From contig JAGCST010000003.1 of assembly GCA_017964025.1 (NCBI GenBank), positions 1-60,364 on the forward strand: a stretch of 60,364 bases of DNA, written 5' to 3'. Below, one piece after another: positions 30,569 through 40,759 of this stretch. Source of the DNA: Candidatus Saccharimonadota bacterium. GTDB lineage: Bacteria; Patescibacteriota; Saccharimonadia; Saccharimonadales; Saccharimonadaceae. The notes beneath the pieces were generated by a model, which saw only the letters and a list, made by a program, of their open reading frames with translations, had not been told where the DNA came from and did no database searches. The position numbers were made by a program, and so were the translations under genes. Every line of letters begins with the position of its first letter. Positions within the stretch are counted from its first letter, which is position 1.

Positions 30569-31513
30569 TTAGCGTCGTTTTGACGATTTCTTATCTTTTT
30601 TAAGAATAGCTATAGTTCCACCAATTCCTACTACCGAAAAGACTAATAAACCAGTAATCAAATAATCTGACTTTGAAATATTCAATCCTTCAAGAAGCCC
30701 ACCAGTATCTGGTACCGCAGGCTCAACTTCGCCTGAGTCTGGTATCACAGTTCCATTATCATAATCAAAATCCGTTACATATTCTCTATATAATAATTCT
30801 CCATCTCGGCCAAACGCTTTAATTTCCACTACATAATCGCCGGATGATAAATCATAATCTTCAAGTGGCAACAATACTTTATCGTCCGGTGCATCTACTG
30901 AAATTGGCGAAAGTGGTGTTAATAAATTACCATCATGATCATAAATATTAATTTCTAAGCTAGCTACTTTACCCTCATCCTCAGCACTGCCACTATCTGG
31001 TTCATAATTCAAATTTAGATAAGCCTTGCCAGTTTCCTCGTCAGGTTCTACTACGCCAGTAACTGGAATATAAGTAAAAGTGATAATATCTTCGTCGTAA
31101 TCACTGCTATCAACCCCCTCTCCTCGTGCCGTGATTGTATATTCACCGAAACCATAATTATGTAAATTAAGATTTATCGGGTAATCACCAGAACTAGAAT
31201 CGTAAGTTTCATCTGCCAAAATATATTCGTGTTCAATTCCATCTTTATCGACATGCTTTAATACAATTGTTAAATGGTTAACTGATGCATAATCAACATT
31301 AACATCATGTTCTGAATCGACGAATATACTTCCCGATTCAATACCATTAATTGTAATATCACCAACGGGTGAAATTACTCTTACAGTCACCGTGTCGGTG
31401 ACACTTGATGCTGCTGAGGCAGCGGGGTTTGGTAAATAGGCGGCAAAAATAGTCGTCACTATCACCAAAAAGAGCCCGAATAACCCCAAGAGATTTTTTT
31501 GTGTTTTTTTCAT
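30569..31513 (-). CDS. Secreted acidic surface protein with LPXTG-like (VPDTG) sorting signal
   Basis: Signal peptide, beta-rich acidic body, VPDTG, TM helix, basic tail KKDKKSSKRR. Confidence 0.75.
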   Translation of the reverse strand: MKKTQKNLLGLFGLFLVIVTTIFAAYLPNPAASAASSVTDTVTVRVISPVGDITINGIESGSIFVDSEHDVNVDYASVNHLTIVLKHVDKDGIEHEYILADETYDSSSGDYPINLNLHNYGFGEYTITARGEGVDSSDYDEDIITFTYIPVTGVVEPDEETGKAYLNLNYEPDSGSAEDEGKVASLEINIYDHDGNLLTPLSPISVDAPDDKVLLPLEDYDLSSGDYVVEIKAFGRDGELLYREYVTDFDYDNGTVIPDSGEVEPAVPDTGGLLEGLNISKSDYLITGLLVFSVVGIGGTIAILKKDKKSSKRR

Positions 31514-31588
31514 ACTCTACACTCTCTTTTTATATTTAATTTTTATTTTGGTTTTGTAAGGTTTACCTGCTCGCAACAGGTAGCCTCT

Positions 31589-32593
31589 CTAGATAGCCAA
31601 TCTAGATCGGCGCTCCTTACGCCTCCTAACCATGATTATAATTCCTATTATAATAAATGTCAATAGCAAAAGCGCAATAATTATTAGAGGAAGTGGGTTT
31701 ACAAATACTATTTTTTCAATTGTTTCTGTAGATTCTGCTGCACTAACTGTCCAACTGACTTTATATATCCCAAAACTCGGTGGCTCTTCCCACACATCAG
31801 ATATAGTCAATTCAGTCTCAGGAATTACAGAAACTCTACCTCTCCCATCACTAGTTTCATAACCACTAAAACCAATGATAGGACTGACCTTAAGTGTACC
31901 GACGGCACTAAAGTCTATATTACCAGCGTTTTTGACTTTGGCAGAAGCATAAAAATCGCTTTCAATGGCCGCATTTTCATCTACGTGGCGCTCAATTTTC
32001 ATATCGGAAATCTCAGCTTTTGTTACTACTTCTCCTTCGTTACAACGACCATAGATTACCAAACCAGGGCTTGCCTCAGTTTTAATGCCACTAGCTGAAA
32101 TAGTACCAGTTAAAGTATGTGCAAATATCACCGCATATTGACCACCAGCCGGTATATTATCTGGAGTAGAAATTCTATATTCAATTTCAAGAGAATCCTT
32201 AGCAGCAATAGTAAAAGTTGGACGACCTGAAACCCAGTTACCACCACTATCTTTGAATTTAATCCATCGCGTAATTTGAGTGAAACTATTCTCATTAGAA
32301 AAACCTAATTTATAGGCATCTTCCTGTTCTGAATAGACATAAGAATACGGCGCAGCATAAACTTCAATCTCCATGTTATTATCACCATCATTCTTCACTT
32401 CAAACTTACTATTATAAGTAGAATTAGAAGTAAGTGCCAAGACATTACTTACTGGCGAAAGACTAATACTGGTTCCGCCAATCGCAGCGTTTTCTGACTC
32501 CTCTTCAGCGAAAGAAGGATTCACTAAACAAAAACTTACCCCAAAACCCACTAATAATGTGAATACTAAAAATTTATTTAATATTCTTTTCAC
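31589..32593 (-). CDS. DUF916/WxL-interacting-like surface protein
   Basis: Signal peptide, ITRWIKF, PAGGQYAVIF, VKNAGNID, C-terminal TM and basic tail; GTG start with SD AGGAGG. Confidence 0.6.
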   Translation of the reverse strand: MKRILNKFLVFTLLVGFGVSFCLVNPSFAEEESENAAIGGTSISLSPVSNVLALTSNSTYNSKFEVKNDGDNNMEIEVYAAPYSYVYSEQEDAYKLGFSNENSFTQITRWIKFKDSGGNWVSGRPTFTIAAKDSLEIEYRISTPDNIPAGGQYAVIFAHTLTGTISASGIKTEASPGLVIYGRCNEGEVVTKAEISDMKIERHVDENAAIESDFYASAKVKNAGNIDFSAVGTLKVSPIIGFSGYETSDGRGRVSVIPETELTISDVWEEPPSFGIYKVSWTVSAAESTETIEKIVFVNPLPLIIIALLLLTFIIIGIIIMVRRRKERRSRLAI

Positions 32594-32634
32594 TTTACCT
32601 CCTTTGATACACCCAATTATATACCAATAACATT

Positions 32635-32656
32635 TGGTGCGCCTGGCTAGACTCGA
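32635..32656 (-). repeat. Duplicate of the tRNA-Leu 3' end (att-like)
   Basis: 21/22 nt identical to 32703-32724. Confidence 0.85.
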
Positions 32657-32702
32657 TTCGTAAGAACGATGTCTTACTTTTTCAAGTGCATCGTCAGATG
32701 CA

Positions 32703-32793
32703 TGGTGCGCCTGACTAGACTCGAACTAGCACAGCCGTGAATATGGCCACTACCACCTCAAGGTAGCGTGTCTACCAATTCCACCACAGGCGC
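32703..32793 (-). tRNA. tRNA-Leu(GAG)
   Basis: Acceptor GCGCCTG/CAGGCGC-ACCA, anticodon loop TTGAGGT, long variable arm, TTCGAGT T-loop. Confidence 0.96.
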
Positions 32794-32822
32794 ATAGCTA
32801 AATTATACCACAGATATTGTAT

Positions 32823-34565
32823 TTACGGAGTTTTATTTTTTGTAGCTTTGGTTGCTGCCCAAGAATTAATATCTGAAAAACGGTCTAAAGCCGTTACCAA
32901 TTTTATATCGTTACTAAAAGTTCGTACATTTTTATTGTAATAATATGTCAAATTCGGTTGATATAAGGCAATCGCCGGCACGCCAGTAACCCAGTATTCC
33001 AAAAATGACTCATACTTTTTAATTCTTAATTCCTCATTCATAGTATCACGTGCCCCTAATAATAAATCATCTGCTAATGCATTACGATAGTTAGAAAGAT
33101 TTAGTCCAGACATGTTAGCCTGAGAAGAATGATAATAAGGTAAAAGGTCTGGGTCAGCACCTAGCTCAATCTCATAAATTAAAATATCATAACTTCGTTT
33201 GGAAATTATATTATTAATAAAGTCTTGATTTTCTTCATAGGCAGAGATAATTACTTCAAATCCAAGTTTTTCTAACTCAGTTTTTACAGCTTCCGCCACA
33301 TTTATTAAATAGCCAGAGTTAATAGTGGCAATATCGATATGTAAAGATTCTCCATTACTGAGCTCAGCAATTTTTTCTTTTGCTGCCACAAAATTATATT
33401 CAGGAATAGCTGGATAATTAGTGAGTTTAATTTGGCTTTCTAGCAAAGGGTAATCAAGTTTAGCGGTATCCGGTGCTGCCTCACGAACTCTATTAATATT
33501 GATCCCCTGCCTAATTGCTGTCCGCATATCATTTTTCTTTACTACATCTCGTGATGTGTTAAAAAAGATAAATGCACCCGAATTCAAACTTGAATTTTTT
33601 AGAATAAATTGTGAACTGGCAATTTTATCGACTTCAGCCTCTGACAATTCCGCCGTTGCCGAAGTTAAACCAGCATTGAGCGAATTAATTATGTCCTCTT
33701 TTGTATTATAAGTATGAATGGCGAAACTATTCAACATTGTTTTTCCCTTATAATAGTCTGGATTAGCCGAAAGATAAAAAATCTTTTCACCATCAGCTGA
33801 ACTTGAATTAGTTTGCATTGCATTGAAAACAAAAGCTCCGGAAGTTACTGGTGCATTAGAAAAATTGTTTTCAAGTAAAGTTTGTGGATCAGTTTCACCC
33901 AAGATATGTTGTGGCACTATCGGAAAATTTAGAGCCGTAATAAAATCTGAATAGGCCGTAGGCAAATTAAAAATAATTTCATCTTTCTCATTTTTTTCTA
34001 CTTTTACCTTAGCAAGATTTGATCCGTAAATTGACCCTACAGCTGGATTTTTAATTAATTCTGTCGTGAAAATCACATCGTCACTAGTAATCGGCTCGCC
34101 ATCAGACCATTTTAACCCATCTCGAAGTTTGACTGTCCAAATTTTACCATCCTCATTAGGTTTAATAGATTCAGCTAGGCCAATACTAGAATGACCAGAA
34201 TAATCAATCGTAGATAAAGTAGCGAACATTAAACGACTAAGAGTTTTTTCGCTACTAGTTGAAGCAAATAACGGGTTGAGCGAATTGACATCACCTAGTG
34301 TTGCCTCGGTATAAGTGCCACCATCTACAAAAACATTTTCGGCATAAGAATTACCAAACCAAAAAGCCTGAGTTATTGCTAGCATCAATAAAGCAATTAC
34401 TAATAGGCTCCATTCCAATATTAATAATCGAATATTAGCAATATGGGAAAATCTTCCAATCAAATTTTCTTTGATATGTTCTTTACCTTCTTCACTTGCC
34501 TTAATTGAAGCTCGCGAAAACTTCTTTAAGAATTTTTGCCCACGCTTTTTTGTTATATCTTTCAT
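32823..34565 (-). CDS. Family 5 (OppA-like) ABC substrate-binding protein
   Basis: GGTYTEA, SLNPLF, LRDGLKWSDGEPITSDDVIFT, DPDLLPYYHSSQ, NLSNY. Confidence 0.88.
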   Translation of the reverse strand: MKDITKKRGQKFLKKFSRASIKASEEGKEHIKENLIGRFSHIANIRLLILEWSLLVIALLMLAITQAFWFGNSYAENVFVDGGTYTEATLGDVNSLNPLFASTSSEKTLSRLMFATLSTIDYSGHSSIGLAESIKPNEDGKIWTVKLRDGLKWSDGEPITSDDVIFTTELIKNPAVGSIYGSNLAKVKVEKNEKDEIIFNLPTAYSDFITALNFPIVPQHILGETDPQTLLENNFSNAPVTSGAFVFNAMQTNSSSADGEKIFYLSANPDYYKGKTMLNSFAIHTYNTKEDIINSLNAGLTSATAELSEAEVDKIASSQFILKNSSLNSGAFIFFNTSRDVVKKNDMRTAIRQGININRVREAAPDTAKLDYPLLESQIKLTNYPAIPEYNFVAAKEKIAELSNGESLHIDIATINSGYLINVAEAVKTELEKLGFEVIISAYEENQDFINNIISKRSYDILIYEIELGADPDLLPYYHSSQANMSGLNLSNYRNALADDLLLGARDTMNEELRIKKYESFLEYWVTGVPAIALYQPNLTYYYNKNVRTFSNDIKLVTALDRFSDINSWAATKATKNKTP

Positions 34566-34566
34566 A

Positions 34567-34791
34567 CTATGGTATTAATAATAATCCTAAAATTGATAAT
34601 ACGAAAATGACTGCAAATATTATAGTCGTAATAAAGAGTGATTTTTCCAAACCACGACGAGTAGTATATAGTTCACCTGAGCTACCAAAACCTGCCCCGA
34701 GCGAGGCTCCCCGCTGTTGTAATAAAATCAAAACTATGACCAAGATAGCTGAGATAAAGGTTAAAACTTCTAGAAAATTTCCAATCTGCAT
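34567..34791 (-). CDS. secG: Preprotein translocase subunit SecG
   Basis: ILLQQRGASLGAGFG, RRGLEK; two TM helices. Confidence 0.92.
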   Translation of the reverse strand: MQIGNFLEVLTFISAILVIVLILLQQRGASLGAGFGSSGELYTTRRGLEKSLFITTIIFAVIFVLSILGLLLIP

Positions 34792-34888
34792 ACAATAACT
34801 CCTAGTACATTAATTATAGCTAAAATTAGCTAAAAAGTAAAGTACCACCGAATTATACCATAATGGTCGTATAAGACATTCAGATATT

Positions 34889-36148
34889 CTATCGTAACAT
34901 TTTTTTTCGTTTGAGTAATGTATGATAAGTAATAGCGAATCTATGCGCCTCTTCGTCGATGCGAGCAATTAATCTTGCAATATGTGAACCTTCCATTAGT
35001 CTAATACATTCAGAATGTCCAGGGATTATCAATTTCACATCTGCAGATTTTGTGTGGTCTCCAGACTTATCTCGTCCAATTACTGGTATATTATATGGTT
35101 CAACTAACGGTAACACAGTGTTTACTTGTGTAATTCCACCATCTAAGATAATTAAATCCGGATAATCCCATTCTTGATGTTTCAACCTTCTAGCTAAAAC
35201 TTCTTTCATACTTTTTAAATCGTCGTTAGTGGAAGTACGGATTTTAAATTTCCGATATTCACTCCTTGCTGAGGTTCCGTTAATAAATACCACCATACTT
35301 CCAACGGTATTTTCACCAGATTGATGTGAGATATCATATCCTTCAATTCTGCGAGGTGGCATCTCAAGATTTAACAATTCTTGTAGCTGCTTTAAAGCTT
35401 GGTCTGAAGATATGTCTAAAAATTCTTTGTCGGAAAAAACTATCTTTTTTTTCAATTCTTTCAATCCCATTAATTGATCGCGTGCCTCAGCGGCTAATTC
35501 ATAATTCCCCTTCGCTGCCTCATCATACATATTTTTTTCTAGTTTTTTAATCAATTTTTCTCGATCACCTTCAAGATAGCAGATCAATTTACGTAAATTT
35601 CGTTTATAATCTTTTGGTGTACTATGCCCTACTTCAATACCGGGTGTAAGTCCTAAATCAGTATTCAAAGTCTTGTGTCCGTTATAAGGTTTAGTATAAT
35701 ACGGGAAAATCTTTCGTAGACTTCGCACGGCTTTTTCTATTGCCGATTTACCATAAAATGGCCCAATATAAGTTGCTTTATCATCAACTGGGTTCCGAGT
35801 AAAAGATACGTAAGGAATTGGTTCATTCATAGTGATTCGCACATATGATACTGTTTTATCATCGCGTAGTAGGATGTTCCATTTTGGCTTATAGCGCTTA
35901 ATCATTTCAGACTCCAAAAACAATGCGTCCATTTCAGTATCCACTACAATCCAATCAATATCCGCAATTTCCTGTACTAAAGCCTCAGTTTTGGGATCTT
36001 TTTGACTCTTCTGAAAATATTGTTTCACCCGATTTTTTAAGACCGCAGCCTTTCCTACATAAATAATTTCACCGCCCGCATTTTTATGAAAATATACTCC
36101 CGGTGAAATCGGGAGCTGTTTCAATTTTTGTTTCAATATAACATCCAT
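34889..36148 (-). CDS. uvrC: Excinuclease ABC subunit C (short, no C-terminal HhH)
   Basis: GIY-YIG (PGVY, IIYVGKA), RIEGYDISH, LIILDGG, EAHRFAITYH. Confidence 0.92.
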   Translation of the reverse strand: MDVILKQKLKQLPISPGVYFHKNAGGEIIYVGKAAVLKNRVKQYFQKSQKDPKTEALVQEIADIDWIVVDTEMDALFLESEMIKRYKPKWNILLRDDKTVSYVRITMNEPIPYVSFTRNPVDDKATYIGPFYGKSAIEKAVRSLRKIFPYYTKPYNGHKTLNTDLGLTPGIEVGHSTPKDYKRNLRKLICYLEGDREKLIKKLEKNMYDEAAKGNYELAAEARDQLMGLKELKKKIVFSDKEFLDISSDQALKQLQELLNLEMPPRRIEGYDISHQSGENTVGSMVVFINGTSARSEYRKFKIRTSTNDDLKSMKEVLARRLKHQEWDYPDLIILDGGITQVNTVLPLVEPYNIPVIGRDKSGDHTKSADVKLIIPGHSECIRLMEGSHIARLIARIDEEAHRFAITYHTLLKRKKMLR

Positions 36149-36192
36149 AATACAATTATATCACACTTATGGCAAAAAGTCAAGGTAAACAC

Positions 36193-36218
36193 AAAAAAGG
36201 CGGTTGAACCGCCTTTTT
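36193..36218. terminator. Intrinsic terminator
   Basis: AAAAAAGGCGGT-TGA-ACCGCCTTTTT. Confidence 0.85.
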
Positions 36219-36235
36219 CTCCCTATTACCGAGAA

Positions 36236-37693
36236 TTATGATTGATCTGGTAAAATATTAGAATTTGAAGTGAATAATTGTTGTAATAAGGTCGTTAAAT
36301 CTTGATATTCAACTGGCTCCGCGACATTAATGGTGCTAGGATAGGTGAAATTTAAATCAAGTGTCATCGTCCCTATTGCTTCCTTTTCTTCTGGACAAGG
36401 AGCGCATACTACATCTTCATCTTCTGGGCAATAACAAGTTTCATCAGCAGCAATTTCATCACTGAAGTAGATTCTGCTAAAGTTATTATCCTTGTCAATT
36501 TCTGCATAGAAAGTTGGCATTTCAGAAATTTTTTCAGCAACATCTGTATCATCAGTGCTATTTCCACCAAGACAAGAAGAAGCTTTCTTTACCCAATCCG
36601 AGTTCTGGATAGAGTCACTAAATCCTTTCATCTTTTCTTGATCAAAAGTTACTTTATACACAGTACTATTTTTGCTTGCCACCGTTACACCTTCAGTGGT
36701 TGAAATAACAAACGGATTTCGATTATAAATTTCAGCAATACTATTTCTATTATTTCTTGCATCGTTTACGAAATCAGTTAAACATTTCACAGAATTTTCG
36801 TCATCAAGAGTACTAGTTAATTGACTAATTAATTCAGACGAAACCTTCAACCAAACACCATCAAGGCTTTCTGCTATGCTCATATATGGCGCCAATTCGC
36901 CAGTAATCGAAGTGGTTGGGCTAATACAATCTTCCTCGTCCAAACAATCAACAGTTAAGGCTTCATCGCCACAATTAGTTAATCCGCTTTCATCATCAAC
37001 ACAATTTGTCATATCAGTATCGTTCAAACTTGTGTTATTCATCATCGTTGTGATATCTTCAAGTGCTTTTTTAGCGCCATCAATCTTAAAGTAGAAATTC
37101 CCACTTTCTGCATATATTTCACTAAATTGTAAAGTGATATCGCCCAGATCGCGCATTGAGACAGTGACATTAGCATTAGTAAAATTAATAAATGAATTGC
37201 TCGTGGCTTCAGAAGAAAGATCCACTTTTACATTAGTAATACCCGAAGTTGTATCACTTGGTTGAAATTCAATTGTGCCACCCACAGATATATTTGTAGG
37301 AGTTTCTCCAGCCATTATTTTAGCAACGGCCTTAGCGACCGGATCGCCTTGGTTCCTTAACAATAAGGCGGCTGCTATACCGCCACCAATCAATAAAACA
37401 ACAGCAACTACAATACCAATAATAAGTCCTGTTTTTTTCTTTTTAGGCTCTGCTACTGGTGCCGCTGCAGGTGCTTGCTCCATTGGTCTTGACAATGGGT
37501 CTGTACCTTGATCAGTAATTCCTGCTGTCGCCTGCATCAAAGGATCAACTTGTTGAGCTTCAGTAGCTGGCGTTTCGTTGGCAACTCCTGATGCACCCAT
37601 CGACCCAGAAGGATTCGAAGGATTATTTGTTTCCGAGCCTACACCCGGATTTGGGTTGAGGGGATTTGGTGTTTCCCCCGGGTTTTCATTCAT
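36236..37693 (-). CDS. Membrane-anchored hypothetical protein, Pro/Asn-rich N-terminus and Cys-rich ectodomain loops
   Basis: 485-aa ORF, KKKK followed by a TM helix, SD AAGGAG. Confidence 0.8.
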   Translation of the reverse strand: MNENPGETPNPLNPNPGVGSETNNPSNPSGSMGASGVANETPATEAQQVDPLMQATAGITDQGTDPLSRPMEQAPAAAPVAEPKKKKTGLIIGIVVAVVLLIGGGIAAALLLRNQGDPVAKAVAKIMAGETPTNISVGGTIEFQPSDTTSGITNVKVDLSSEATSNSFINFTNANVTVSMRDLGDITLQFSEIYAESGNFYFKIDGAKKALEDITTMMNNTSLNDTDMTNCVDDESGLTNCGDEALTVDCLDEEDCISPTTSITGELAPYMSIAESLDGVWLKVSSELISQLTSTLDDENSVKCLTDFVNDARNNRNSIAEIYNRNPFVISTTEGVTVASKNSTVYKVTFDQEKMKGFSDSIQNSDWVKKASSCLGGNSTDDTDVAEKISEMPTFYAEIDKDNNFSRIYFSDEIAADETCYCPEDEDVVCAPCPEEKEAIGTMTLDLNFTYPSTINVAEPVEYQDLTTLLQQLFTSNSNILPDQS

Positions 37694-37778
37694 AAAAAAC
37701 TCCTTATTGTTAATAACTCTTATGTTTATTATAGCATAAAAATATGGCTAGTAAATAGTCTTGTGGTATAATATGCTT

Positions 37779-39065
37779 ATGGATAATTTTGTAATAAGCG
37801 AGATAAAAGCGAGACAAGTTTTAGACTCACGTGGTAATCCCACAGTCGAAGCTGAAGTTTATTTAAAAAATGGTGGTTATGGTCGGGCCATCGTGCCGTC
37901 CGGTGCTTCAACCGGCGCTAGCGAAGCTTTAGAGCTTCGTGACGGAGACCCCAAACGTTATGATGGTAAAGGTACTCTCAAGGCAGTTTGGAATGTTAAT
38001 TCTAAAATTCGTGATGTTCTAGTAGATAATTCTGCTGAACCAAATACCGTTGATCAACTTATGCTCGAATTAGATGGTACAGAAAACAAATCTAATCTTG
38101 GTGCTAATGCTATTCTGGCCGTGTCACTTGCCAACGCTAAAGCCAACGCCAAAGCACGTAAATTACCATTCTATCGATATGTTGCCGATTTAGCAGGTAC
38201 TGCTGACCAAATGTCTATCCCGATGCCGATGATGAACGTTATGAATGGTGGTGAACACGCTTCTTGGGCGACAGATTTTCAAGAATATATGATTATACCA
38301 CGTTCTGCTGGCAATATTGCCGATGCCGTACGTATGGGGGCCGAAGTCTTTCATACACTAAAAGATGTCTTAAAAGAACGTAATTATCCTACAACCGTTG
38401 GTGATGAAGGCGGTTATGCTCCTAAAGTACGTGATGGTGATAATGAACCTCTCGAATGTATTAGGCTTGCTACCTTGAAAGCTGGCTATTCTTTCGGTGA
38501 AGATATCTCTATTGCTATGGATATTGCCGCTAGCGAATTTTTCAACGAAGACCATTACGTTCTTAAAACTAATGGCGATTGGAAATTCGCCGAAGATATG
38601 ATTAACTGGTACGACTGGATTATCGATAATTATCCGGTGGTTTCTATTGAAGACGGTTTGGACGAAAATGACTGGGCAAATTGGCGTATTATGACTGATC
38701 GCATGGGTTCTCGCGTTCAATTGGTTGGTGACGATTTGTTTGTTACTAATACCAAATTACTTGAAAAAGGTATAAAAGAAAAATGTGCTAATGCTATTTT
38801 AATTAAACCAAACCAAATCGGTAGCCTCACCGAAACTATTAATGCTGTAATGTTAGCTAAAAAATCAGGTTATAAAACTATTATGTCGCATCGTTCCGGT
38901 GAAACTGAAGATGTCTCTATCGCTCACTTAGCAGTTGGTCTTGGTACAGGGCAAATCAAGACTGGTTCTCTCTCTCGTAGTGAACGCATCGCCAAATATA
39001 ACGAACTCATTCGTATTGCTGATACTAACTCCCAGCTTGGCTTGGTTGACCCGTTTCGTAAATAG
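37779..39065 (+). CDS. eno: Enolase
   Basis: LDSRGNPTVE, VPSGASTG, GDEGG, SHRSGET. Start moved to 37779 (TGGTATAAT-6 nt-ATG). Confidence 0.98.
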   Translation: MDNFVISEIKARQVLDSRGNPTVEAEVYLKNGGYGRAIVPSGASTGASEALELRDGDPKRYDGKGTLKAVWNVNSKIRDVLVDNSAEPNTVDQLMLELDGTENKSNLGANAILAVSLANAKANAKARKLPFYRYVADLAGTADQMSIPMPMMNVMNGGEHASWATDFQEYMIIPRSAGNIADAVRMGAEVFHTLKDVLKERNYPTTVGDEGGYAPKVRDGDNEPLECIRLATLKAGYSFGEDISIAMDIAASEFFNEDHYVLKTNGDWKFAEDMINWYDWIIDNYPVVSIEDGLDENDWANWRIMTDRMGSRVQLVGDDLFVTNTKLLEKGIKEKCANAILIKPNQIGSLTETINAVMLAKKSGYKTIMSHRSGETEDVSIAHLAVGLGTGQIKTGSLSRSERIAKYNELIRIADTNSQLGLVDPFRK

Positions 39066-39067
39066 AA

Positions 39068-39787
39068 TTATTCTTTATTATTTTTACGTGCCGACAACGC
39101 AGTTGCTTCTTTAAAGCCATCATAATAATTTTCTGAAATTCTTGGATGGCCAATCTTATTAGCGGCTTGTACAACTTTATTAATATCATCAGTGATTTCA
39201 AATATTGCTGTGTCTTCTTCTTTAATCAACTCCATTTCAACCATTTTTCTAATCACGCGTTCAAAAGTTTTCTAATAATCAACACCAATCAAAAATACTG
39301 GCATTTTTGGCATTTTATTTTCTTGCATCAAACATAAAATTTCTGAAATTTCGTCCATAGTACCAAATCCACCTGGAAAAAATACAAACACTTTTGCCGC
39401 CAACGCTAATGAAACTTTTCTAGCAAAGAAATACTCGAAAGTTAGACTATCAGTCAAAAATGGATTTGGGAATTGTTCATGTAACAATGTGATATTTAAA
39501 CCAATCACTCGCCCACCAATCTCATATGCCCCATGCGAAGCCGCCTCCATAATGCCAGGACCACCACCAGTAATTACGGCATGACCGTTCTCAGCTAAAG
39601 CGTGGCCAAGGTCAAACGCCATTTTACAGTATCTTGAATCTTGCGGTAAACGTGCGGAACCAAAAATCGTTACTCCTTGCGGGAAAGAACGGATAATTTG
39701 TAATCCACGTCCTAAATCTTTAGCATAAGCGTTTGCACGTTCTAAATCCTCAATTGATAATTTTTTTAATAATTCATCTTGCAACAT
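39068..39787 (-). pseudogene. LOG-family (TIGR00730-like) protein interrupted by an in-frame TAG
   Basis: VTIFGSAR, TGGGPGIMEAA, YFFARK, PGGFGTMDE. TAG at 39272-39274 where DYW is expected; the frame continues to 39068. Confidence 0.8.
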
Positions 39788-39796
39788 AGGCCTCCT

Positions 39797-40759
39797 TTAC
39801 AATTTTTGTATTGGCATTGGGTGTAATTTTTCGCGCCCCGTAAGCAATCCTTTATTGGCTCCTAGTTTAGATACTACAGCTGTGGAATTTGCCGAAGCAA
39901 ACACTAAAGAACTCCTAAACGATTTACCAGCTGTGATGCTTGCCAAAAATCCTGATCCGAATGCGTCACCGGCACCAGTAGCATCTTTAATTTTTGCATC
40001 TTCATAAATACCAAAACGATAAATTTCATCAGCATTTCCAGCGATACCGCCCATTGCTCCATCTGTAATAATAATCGTTTCAACATAGCCACCCAGATGA
40101 TATAATAATTCAACCAATGTTACTCCTGGTACCAATTGTGAGGCTTCAACCTTATTTATATTTAATACATCAACATACTGTAATAATTTTAAAACTTCTT
40201 GAGGATGAGCCAGTTCTCTAGCCCCAGGGTTAAACATAACTTTAACCCCCAATTCCTTAGCGTGTTTAAAAAATCGTGTTAAAGTGTCCAAATCACCACG
40301 CAAGGTAGTTACATATAACCAATCAGGATTAATTAAATCTAAATCTTTTTCAGAAAAATTACCAAATTGTTCTGAAGCTCCACGACAAGTTAGAATTGTT
40401 CTTTCGCCACTTTTTGAATCCAAAAGTACAACTGAGGTTCCAGTACTCTTGCGTTCCAAAAAATTCACATAACTACTATCTACACCTTCTCGATCTAGTG
40501 TTCGAATAATCGCCGCTCCAGCTGAATCACGTGCAATATTACCCATAAAAATTGCTTCATGGCCATGACGCGCAAAACTAATTGCCGAATTTACACCACC
40601 GCCTCCGACTTCATAAGAAATTTGGTCAATATCGACTTTAGCACCTACCAATACTTTACCAAAAATTGCTGCATCACCAATTTCAGTAGGGGTTAAATCA
40701 TCATGGTCAATGAGATAAATATCTTGCAAAGCACTACCAAGCGATACGATTCGTGCCAT
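39797..40759 (-). CDS. PfkB-family carbohydrate kinase
   Basis: GGGGVNSAISFARHG, FNPG, DATGAGDAFGSGF. Confidence 0.92.
   Translation of the reverse strand: MARIVSLGSALQDIYLIDHDDLTPTEIGDAAIFGKVLVGAKVDIDQISYEVGGGGVNSAISFARHGHEAIFMGNIARDSAGAAIIRTLDREGVDSSYVNFLERKSTGTSVVLLDSKSGERTILTCRGASEQFGNFSEKDLDLINPDWLYVTTLRGDLDTLTRFFKHAKELGVKVMFNPGARELAHPQEVLKLLQYVDVLNINKVEASQLVPGVTLVELLYHLGGYVETIIITDGAMGGIAGNADEIYRFGIYEDAKIKDATGAGDAFGSGFLASITAGKSFRSSLVFASANSTAVVSKLGANKGLLTGREKLHPMPIQKL

Noticed and set aside
39272-39274. TAG reassignment (alternative genetic code)
   Set aside because: TAG ends full-length genes here (moxR, eno, clpP-like) and TGG encodes Trp normally; this is a single instance.
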